The notes under the pieces were generated by a model. The model saw only the letters and a program-made list of their open reading frames with translations. It was not told where the DNA came from and made no database searches. This document shows positions 54,373 to 64,000 of a stretch of 64,000 bases of DNA, piece after piece. The stretch is from Ophelia neglecta (lineage: Eukaryota), in contig OZ260665.1 of the NCBI GenBank assembly GCA_965285935.1, positions 44,454,001-44,518,000 of the forward strand, read 5' to 3'. Each line of letters begins with the position of its first letter. Within the stretch, counting starts at the first letter, position 1. A program made the translations under genes and the position numbers.

Positions 54373-57300
54373 TTGTAATGGCCCATTTTGGCCATCAACC
54401 TTGAAGAACTATCTTCTGGTTTGGGGGGGCCAGGGGGGGTAGCTTCCTTCCACCCCCACAAGGGGGGTCTCAGGAAGCAATAAGATAGTTCTTCAGAATT
54501 ACCTTTTAGATTTTTGGACTTAGAATATTTTTTGAATTTTTTTTGTAACGACGGGCATAGGTTTGGGGCCAAATTGGTTTCCAGGGTTAAAGAGAAGTGC
54601 CCTAGAGAGTTAGGCTCTCCAGGGCCCTTCTCCGTAACCCTAGAATGAGAAAAACAATAAAAACAATTGATTTTATTTGCTAAATTTATTTTTCTAACTT
54701 TTTATTCTATTATTTAATATTCAATGGACTATACTGTCCACATTCAGTGGACTATACTGTCCAAGCTTTGTCTTCTTTTCTTCGACACCCTGTGAACTAT
54801 ACTGTCCACATTTTGTCTTCTGTTTCAGGATCACTTCTGATGGCCCGGTGGGTCTGCATGATGCAGTCTACCATGATGGCATAGCTCTGACCGGTTACTA
54901 ACAGGCAGCCTGTAAACATAAGAAGAAAAGTTTACTTTTATGTTCATTGACCTCCAGGGATCTGCAGTGTTTGTGTTATTTGATTATAATATATAACACA
55001 ATACTGTAATCCTTGTAGGTGTTATATGATTATATGTAAAGTTTTAATAAGATATGATTTTCAAGTTCACTGCCAAGTAACACATCTGCCAACAATACCA
55101 GTTGATTTGTTCATTGTCATTAAGCCATGAAAGTATAGTGAGGTTGGAGGGTCATGTATAACAATGCAATGGATATTGTGAAAAAGGCAATTGAAATGGG
55201 CTTCTTGTATATTTGGTATTTTAAACAATAAAGTGTACAATTATGTACTTACAGTTCTGTGTGATCTTTCTGTGAATTCTGGGAGTCCTTATTCTACTAG
55301 CTGTCACCTCTGCAATGATTTCACAACATTATGGGATGGTGGGATCCTAGGCCTGAAAGGGAGAGATATTCCATAAGCACAATTCCATAATTTAAAACAA
55401 CTAAATCATTATACCAATGTACATTCCAGGTGGATAAGCCAACTAGCATAACCTGAGAGTGGTGATCATTGTGGACATTGGAGTTCAAATGGCTCATTAT
55501 TATGAACAAGCAGACTCAGACACTACTACATGTTAAATAAAACTCTGTATTATTCTGTAATTTTCCCTACAAATTTTATTTAAAAACAAAAACTTGTTTA
55601 AAAAAAAAGTCTATGACAATATGACAGAATTATCACTAATATAATTAATGGACCATTTTCTTTGGGAGAAAACATTACAAAATTTGAGATTGCTAGCTTT
55701 TTGCAAGAACTGATAACTCTCTGAATTTTCCCTATTGACTTTTGACAGGTAATATTTTCTGGCTTATTTCCAATACTGCCCTATCCCACTGCCTCCACCC
55801 CACCCCCACCCCAAGAATCTTTTTCATGTAGGGCTATAACTATGTCTTGCTATATATGGCTGGTGGTCTATGTATTACATTGTTCTGTGTGGAGACCAAT
55901 ACATGTGTCCACAGTGCTTCATGGTCATGGTTCGCTGAACCTATTGACAGATGGTAAGGCTGGCTGGGATTTGGACCACTCCACTGTATACAGTAGGAAA
56001 CCTAAAGGGTTCAGGTTTTTGCATGTAAAATTTCAAAAGGTTAAAAAACCACTTTACAATGGAGTCACCGGTCAAAAGTGATACTATTATTGATCCTCAT
56101 AAGGAGCACTGCCTTCTAGACACATTAAAAATCTATTTTGGGCAAAATGGGCTTTTTGTTAATATTTCATTTTTTGCAAAAAATTGACCATATTTTGAAG
56201 CAATTGTTACAGGATTGTGTTGCTAACATCTATAGCTATCTGCTGATGAAGTTTCAAGAAAGTCTGAGAACGTTGGTTTGGCCCCTAAAAAAATGGTAAA
56301 TTATGGCCAAAATCCCTGGACTATAGCCTTAACTCATTTGACACTTTTTTCGGCGCCCGTCTCGGAATTTATTGAAACTTCGGCAGTAGGTTTGGGGGGT
56401 CCAGGCCAATACAATCCTGAAGTGACACATCCTAATTCCTCATACTTTTGGAGAAAATGACCTTTTTAAGTGAGTAAAAAGCTCAAAATAGGGAACTCTC
56501 TGAACATGACAATATTTGATATATAGGAAGTTTATGGGGCCCTTTATCTGTTCTGAAGTCAGATTTCCAAAATTTTGATTTTTTCCTGGTATTTTCAGTC
56601 ATTTAGTGATTATCTATGTTGCCACCCCTTCACATTACTTGAATGACCCACCAGTCATCATAGTAAACACATCAATGGCTTGTGGTCAGGTACTTGTGGC
56701 CCTGACATAATCAAAGGCCAGCAGTCATTAAAGAACAATAGCTTGAGCGTTCAAGTGCTTAGGGGACACAATAGGCTTGTTTCAACCATACAAAGGCTGG
56801 CCAGTTAACAGTCTGATAACAACAGACCTGGACCTAAGTTGGCTTTACTGAGGGTATGTCATTCAGTTACCAGAGATATCGATTTGAAAGGGGATTTAAA
56901 TGTTGATGAGCAAGCTTGGATGGGGTGGGGGATAAAGAGTATCTTATTGAGTGCTCCTCAGGAGGTGGAGGTGGTGGTGGGGGTGGGGTAGGGTTGGGTG
57001 GGGTTTTGGCTAAGTTAAGATCCTCCTGAAAGGATGAGGGGGCATAAAGTTTTCCATCTATACTGGTTATTCCCTGTGTTGCTTTTTGGGAAATATTACC
57101 TGGATTTCGGTCTGATGACACAGGCAAGTTCCTAAATAAGGATCCCTCTCCCAAATTGTCTGTAAATTCAGATAATTAGAATCAAAGAAAATTTCCCAAA
57201 TTGTTGTTGTGTTTTTCATAGGGGTGGTGTGCCAACTCCCCCCCTCCCCACGCCATAACACACTCATGCTGCGTGCAGACAACTATAAAACCAAGAAAAT

Positions 57301-59001
57301 GTTTACTAAGTTTGTATACTGTTCTGACTTGCTGTCTAAGCTGCCAGTGTGTTGGAGCCATGCGCTTTTTGGGGGTATGCTGCTTTGTAAAACATTATTT
57401 ATATACCTATCCCTGTTTTCTCTACTTTCTAGTGTATATGATCATGTGACCTCTCTTACAAACATGACTGCTATTCTTTATCATTCATGCTCTTCTGCTA
57501 AAGAAAGAAACTCACCAGGTATCACTGGAGATCATTGGATGGTTACATCACTGAGGAGGAATTGGGCATACTTCTACTGCTGCTTCTGTTGGTTGATCCA
57601 TGGCTGAAGATCTAATAATGTTGTTTCTGGGGTATGAGGTGTCTGGTGTACCTCTGTCTGTCTATCTGGTGTGTCTGGCATGGCATTACAGCCTGAAATA
57701 AACAATACAATAACATGAAGATTTGCCCAAGTTAACATAAAAAAACAGTCTATCCTCTCATTTAAAACTCTCACATGTCCAGTGTCCACATCATCAGTAA
57801 CACGGACATTATCATTAATTCTAAATAGTTAGTTTTTCTCAAAATATTTGAAATGGCAAGAAATTCAACAAACAAAAATAGCACATAATATTGCCGATAG
57901 CACCAAGACACCAAGACCCCCCCCCCCCCTAAACTAAAAAAATGGCAGAAAGAAAAAAAAATTGTATTTTACCCATTGCGCAAATTCTGAGACAGACAAT
58001 CCCCCCCCAACCACCCCCACAGAAAATGTTTTGCTCAAATCACTGGAAATTGCCTTAAAAGGCAAGAAAAGCAAAAGTGGTAGGATTATGTAAAAGCAGC
58101 ACAAAGAACTGAGCGACTATGGGTAAGTAAAAACATGTTAGTTTGGTGGCTTTAACAATTCTAGTTTGAACTTGTATTAAAAAAAAGTAACAGAGTTAAT
58201 ATAAAAAGGCCCAAGATCACCCCACATTTACAGCCAACTGTATACAGTGAATACCTAATATACTGGTACTAAATATACAGGCCCTACATATTGTTTTCAA
58301 GTAATGGGGCATCATAATATATATCAATCCAATATACCAATACAATAGCTCAAAACGCAGCTAAAACCACAGCACTTTGGGAAGAACTGTATATTCACTC
58401 AAGCATACAGTTAAATATTATATATATATACATGTATACAACCAGGGATAAAAAAAACATGTATATAATAAACTTATAATGAAGGCAGCAAACATTATAT
58501 AAGGATATTAATTTGAAATGTATAACAAAAACAATTAGTTTTGTTTGATTATAGAACATTTCAGCCTGTAACATATTTTATGAAAAATCCAGCTACCATA
58601 CAATGTACTGTAAAGCAGTTATTTCTCGTTACTTTAATTTCCCAATATTCGCAAGTTTACCAAAGTCGAGGGAATAACATTTCTCCATATTTTGTTACAA
58701 AAATAAATGACTGTGTAAATGAATATATTCTTATGCAAAAATAAACTTTTTGTCAAATTAAAATTCTGAGATTAACGTATTAATCAGGTATTATCAGTTT
58801 GGTCTCAAAAACAAGTTCAGAGTTGTGATAAATCAATGTTCTGCCTGGTGCTCCAACATGGGACAACATTATGCTCATGTGGAAAAATATAGGAGTTTAG
58901 CAGACTAAAGACAGGGGATATTGGAAAAAGAGAAGGAGACGCTTGAGTACGTAACAATGGTAGGAGTAACAGTACCCAGTATTCAGGGGATGAGAATGTG
59001 T

Positions 59002-62000
59002 AAGTAAGTAAGTAAGTAAGTTTATTTGTACTTCAGGCTCAACGCCCATGGTACATTAATAATGATGCAAAAAATATAATGCTACAGGACAGAGATTCTA
59101 AAAACATTCAATGACATAACACTCTAGCACCACAAACATTTCCATATTAATTATACTTCTCCTTTAACTTGATCGAATGGTAAACAAATGCAGCCAAATT
59201 TTTTAACACCTCAGGGTTTTCACTGGAAAAAAGACCAACAAAATTTTGTGATGAGGGATGCAAAACAACATGTAATGGAAGCAGGCCTAGACGTATATCC
59301 TTATACATTGGACATATCATGACAAAATGGTACTCATCTTCTACTAAACATTCACCCCTATCTGCACAGTATTTACACCATCTGAGCTCTGGCTCGACAT
59401 TAGTATGTCTCCCCCTTTCAATTGCTAAAATATGAGCAGAACACCTAGACAATGCAATTCTATGCTTTAAAATATCCACACACTTCAAATATAGTTCTGG
59501 AATTAATAATGATTTAAATTGGCTAAAAGTATGGGTTTTACTCAGTTCTGACAACTCTGTATACCATTCCTGTTGGGCCATGTCCCTTAATCTTTGCCTA
59601 ACTTGAGACAATAAAAAGTTAACATTTCCAATATTTTGGGATATCCAACATACACCAAATCCCAGTCTAAACAATAATTCTTTAACCTTAGTTGCCCATG
59701 TAACCCTTCCATTTTCATCTGATTCCTTCAGCATATGATAACACACCTTTGGAAGTCTACTATCTTCCATACATAGCAGCCTACACCAATATTTGACAAC
59801 ATTATATAAACAATTAACCCTGACTGGATACCTGCCACATTCACGGCAACATTGACAGAATTCCTGGGTAACTTTAAAACTTGTTTACAGAAATTGTTTT
59901 GTACATCTTCAATACATTTGTGAGTATTACACCCCCAAATCTCACTACCGTATGTCAAAATTGGCAGAACCATTCTATCAAAAAGAGTGAACATGATATC
60001 AAGATCAAAAAAGTCTGCATTTTTTGAAACATTTTGTATGAATGCCACTACCCTTGCAGCCTGAGCCGCCAAAGTTTTTTGAGCCATGGTCAAAGAAAGC
60101 CAGCTGGAGAAAATGAGTCCAAGATATTTATAATAAGTTGTAATTTCCATAATTTCACCATTAAAGTACCACTTTTCATTTTGTCTGAGTGTTCCCCCAT
60201 TTTGAAAAACCATTACTTTGGTTTTTCCCAAGTTAACTGCCAGTCCCCAATTTTTACAAAACAAAGACAGACTGTTGATCAGACACTGCAGATGGCCCAC
60301 AGTATCACTTAATTTGTTCAGATCATCTGCATACATAAGTGCTGAGACATTGTCATATGCTTCATCACATAAATACCATTCCGCCCAGACTGTGCCGCCA
60401 TGTGCAGGATAGTATTGACATACAAAATAAACAACAGTGGGCTGATCAAAAACTCCTGTCTGGTACCCATACTCATGTTAAAAAACTCGGAAATACCCTC
60501 TGTTCCTACAACTGCTGAAGTTAGCTTTGAATACATTGACCTTAAAACAGTTATAATTTTACCATGTACCCCTTCTGTCAACAATTTTTCCACAACAGCT
60601 TATGCGGCACAGAATCAAATGCCTTGCTGAAATCGACATATAGACAATAAAACCTGCCCCCCTTTTTACTAAGATATTTTTTAGTCAGACTCTGAAGTAC
60701 AAACATATTATCTGTGGCAGACCTTCCTCGTCTGAAACCTGCCTGTTCATCACCAAGAGCATTTACACTCTCAGCCCACTCTGTCAGCCTATCACATAAG
60801 ATTTTCATACAGACCTTATTTACAACAGAACACAGGGAGATGCCCCTATAATTATTTGGGTCAGCCACCGTACCTTTTTTGTGCAGGGGAACAATGAGGG
60901 CCGCAGCCCACCTGTCCGGAAATACACCAGTATTCATTATTTTGTTAAATATTCTTACTAAAAGTGGCGTTATAAAATCAATAGTACATTTCAACAATTC
61001 TGAGATTAGACCATCTGGTCCAGGAGATTTATTACACGGCATGGTCAAGATTGCATTTCTAACATTCTCTTCAGATATCTCACCATTAAGCAACTCAGGT
61101 AAGTTAGATTCACATAAATAACATTGCATATCATTATTATTCAGGAAATTTTCAGCCTCATCACATACATCTTGCTCAAGACCAGGATCCTTATTAAGAA
61201 GACTGTCAAAATATTCTTTCCACTCATCAACAGTAATACTACTTTAAGTTATTGATGCTTTTAACTGTTTCAAAACTTTCCAACATGTATTTGTGTCACT
61301 TAACATCAATTTAGTTTCTACAGGTTTATTCTCACAATATTCTTTTTTCGCTTGTTCACATTTAGACTTATACTCTTTCTTTACATTTAAATATTCTGAG
61401 AGACATACATCAGTTCTTGATTTTCGGAACCTTGACAATGTCATCTCCTTTACACTTTTGAGATCCTGAAGATCTGACGACCACCAAGGCTGATTTGAAC
61501 CGTGTAAACCCTGACCAACCTTAACCCCGACATGTTTCATCTCGCCAGCTAAGTACTCATAAATATCTTCAATGACATTGACAGAATCATTCAAATTATT
61601 TTCACCAATACAGCCATAAAATTTATTTACCATATCTCTTACATCCTGACTGTTGGTTCGGCCATATACCTTTTCACATAGGTTAGGTTTCCATTTAAAA
61701 ACATGTCTTGGGGCAGCATAACTACTACCAGCACCCTCACATTTCTGAATATTTAAACCTAGCAGAACTGGAAAATGTTGTGAAACATCACCTGACAATA
61801 CAGACATATCACTCAAATAGTCAAATAACTCCGATGACATTAAAAAATAGTCTATTACACTGGAACCAATAGTTGAAACAAATGTACAGTGACCCTCTCC
61901 GTCTCCATCAGATCTGCCATTAACAATGTGAATGTCCAGCGATTTACATAATTCTATTAACTGATCCCCAAATACATTAGTTACTGTATCCTGAGACAGT

Positions 62001-62596
62001 ATTTCAGTGTTAAAGATTGATGCTTTATAGTATTCTCCACCTAGCAGATAACTAGCATCATTGTCATACATAGTCATTTTCTACCCCTGTTCTAGCATTT
62101 AAATCTCCAGCTACAACAATATAACACTCAGGGAATGCTGATGTCATATCTAAAATTAGTTCCTTAAGAATTTCAATACCACTTTGTTCATTCTCATAGC
62201 TAGTTGAGCCCATAGGTGGAAGATAACAACAGAATAGTATTACATGACATGGGAAACCAAAAAAATCCTTATCCAATAAAACTGGTATCACAAAAACACA
62301 ATCACATACATCAGTCAAAATCTGCACACCACAATAATTGAGTTATGTACAAAGACAGTTAAACCACCAGGAGCATGCCCTATCGCATACCTTTTCACCC
62401 AAATTCTGCTATACCCACTAAATTCCAGGTCAGCCAATAATTCATCAGTATCTTCGCCCTCAACTGCCAATGTCTCCATAAAAACAACAATCTGTACATC
62501 CTTAACTAGTTGTTTAATTACACATGAACTGAACTGATTTGCCAGTTTTGCACGAAGACCTTCAATATTCCATATTAAACAATTAAGTAAGGAGTG
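59002..62596 (-). mobile_element. RTE-X-like LINE: near-complete ORF2 (APE + RT + C-terminal Cys/His motif), frameshifted, ORF1 absent
   Basis: WNIEGL, YLPP, AGDLNAR, IVNGR, SVIDYF, SQHFPV, KSPGPDG, PLHKKG, NYRGISL, EQAGFR, VDFSKAFDSV, YADD, KTKVMVF, YKYLG, YGSEIWG, CKYC..EDEYHF..C. AATAAA is followed by a (CTTA)n tail. 11-bp TSD TGAGAATGTGT at 58991-59001 and 62597-62607. Confidence 0.92.
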
Positions 62597-62951
62597 TGAG
62601 AATGTGTCTCATAAGGGAATGTCAGGAAATGGAAGGGAGAGTAACCTATAGGGACATGGGGAGAGATGTTAAAAGGAGGGATTTGGATTTTTGGGGCTCA
62701 ACAACTCATAGACACCATGTGGGTCATTTAGTGTCTTAAGTTGGGTATAGTTGATCATTTATTGTATTGTCTATTTTTATTTACATGGGGATAAAAGTAA
62801 GAAGTAAGCGGTTATTGAGCTCCATTTTACAAAAAAAAACTTCTAGGTGGATGGGCCAGATGTTTTTCTGACTAAAGAGTGTTAGTAAAGGAAGATAAAA
62901 GGTTAGCTGTTTAATAAATAGATAAAAGAAAGTTCCTTAAACTTTCGCATT

Positions 62952-63105
62952 TTAAAAATGGTCTCCACGTTCTAGGTCTACTACATTTTGTAGTAGATAT
63001 CTATAGACCTTGTGGAATAAGGTTTTGAGACTGTTAATGTTATAAAAACGGTATCTAGCCTTGGCGAAATCGCTACATTCCAACAGAATGTGTTGGATGG
63101 TAAAA
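62952..63105 (-). mobile_element. 3' fragment of an I-group LINE ORF2
   Basis: PFTIQHILLECSDFAKARYRFYNINSLKTLF matches the C-terminal TxxHILxxC motif seen in I/Nimb-type LINEs. Confidence 0.6.
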
Positions 63106-63264
63106 GGAGGGAGAAAGAAGGTTAAATGGCTGATGAAACTAGGCCAACGCTGTCGGGGGCTGACAGCAAGGGGTATATCCGCGAATGCGTGCAATAATCA
63201 AATGGGGAACATGGCATAAGGCGAGGTAGTGAATATGGTAGTTGTTTTAGTTGGCACAAAAGAT

Positions 63265-63790
63265 AACGACCTTAACTAATTTTTATTCAGGTCATTAATA
63301 AAGTTCACTAGTAAACTTATTACACAGTACTAGTTAACTTGTTACACTGATTGTAGTAGGTTCTATATAACCTCAATAATAAGGCAGGTCATTAATAAAG
63401 TTGGTTCCATATGACCTCAATAATAATGCAAAACCACCTTAACTTCTTTTTTTTTCAGGTCATTAATAAAGTTAACTAGTATATTACACAGATTGTAGTA
63501 GGTTCTATATGACCTCAATAATAATGCAAAACGACCTTAACTAATTTCTTTTCAGGTCATTAATAAAGTTAACTAGTTAACTCATTACACAACTAGTTAA
63601 CTTATTACACAGATTGTAGTAGGTTCTATATGACCTCAATAATAATGCAGGTCATTCATAAAGCTGGTTCCATTGACCTCAATAATAATGCAAACCAACC
63701 ATAACTAATTTTTTTCAGGTCATTAATAATGTTAACTAATTAACTTATTACACAGATTGTACATAGTAACTTATTACACAGATTGTAATT
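63265..63790. repeat. Composite tandem repeat array
   Basis: Recurring modules CAGGTCATTAATAAAGTT (about 7 copies), TTATTACACAGATTGTAGTAGGTTCTATATGACCTCAATAATAATGC and AACTAGTTAAC. Confidence 0.9.
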
Positions 63791-64000
63791 CATGAATCAT
63801 GACATAAAACTTGAAGCCAATATCATCTATACTGTCGAATATGTGAAAGAAAATGTGTTTTTGACATAATAAATTAATTGTTTTAACTAATTAATAATTA
63901 TCCGAAATGCACCAGAATAAGTCCAGTTCTTCCTCTCAATTAGGTCTATGGCTGTGTCCAATTAGAAAAGATGTATCAAATATGATTTGTGTTATTGCAG

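Noticed and set aside
57209-57607. 132-aa plus-strand ORF with a hydrophobic stretch
   Set aside because: Non-ATG start, no recognisable domain, and it overlaps the better-supported minus-strand exon model.
1549-58020. Many poly-G/poly-C runs as G-quadruplex regulatory elements
   Set aside because: Homopolymer runs are scattered throughout, often inside MITEs; no specific signal.
59147-62327. Several 87-277 aa ORFs as separate genes
   Set aside because: They are frameshifted pieces of one LINE ORF2.
63265-63790. CRISPR-like repeat/spacer array
   Set aside because: The intervening sequences are themselves repeated, there are no cas genes, and the context is eukaryotic.

Overview
AT-rich eukaryotic (invertebrate-type, probably lophotrochozoan) genomic DNA. 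The only intact protein-coding gene I can support is an ARL4-family small GTPase with an uninterrupted CDS (33368-33943, minus). It has a probable 5'UTR intron, three upstream ORFs and possibly a very long 3'UTR. The rest is intergenic or intronic DNA with many transposon relics: a CR1/L2 RT remnant, a Helitron 3' end with its helicase C-terminus, an internally deleted Harbinger, nested Mutator-like foldback elements, hAT-like MITEs with 5- and 6-bp TSDs, Tc1/mariner-pogo MITEs, an RTE-X LINE with TSD and microsatellite tail, and an L1/Tx1 LINE. The most striking observation is in the L1/Tx1 ORF1. Directly after its zinc knuckles it carries a decayed but recognisable NADAR (YbiA-like) domain that reads in frame into the APE endonuclease. 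Also notable are a TE-borne CTCF motif with YY1-like sites about 5 kb upstream of ARL4, and chains of well-formed splice sites that suggest unannotated spliced non-coding or pseudogenic transcripts. All family calls come from motif recognition by eye; no searches were run.
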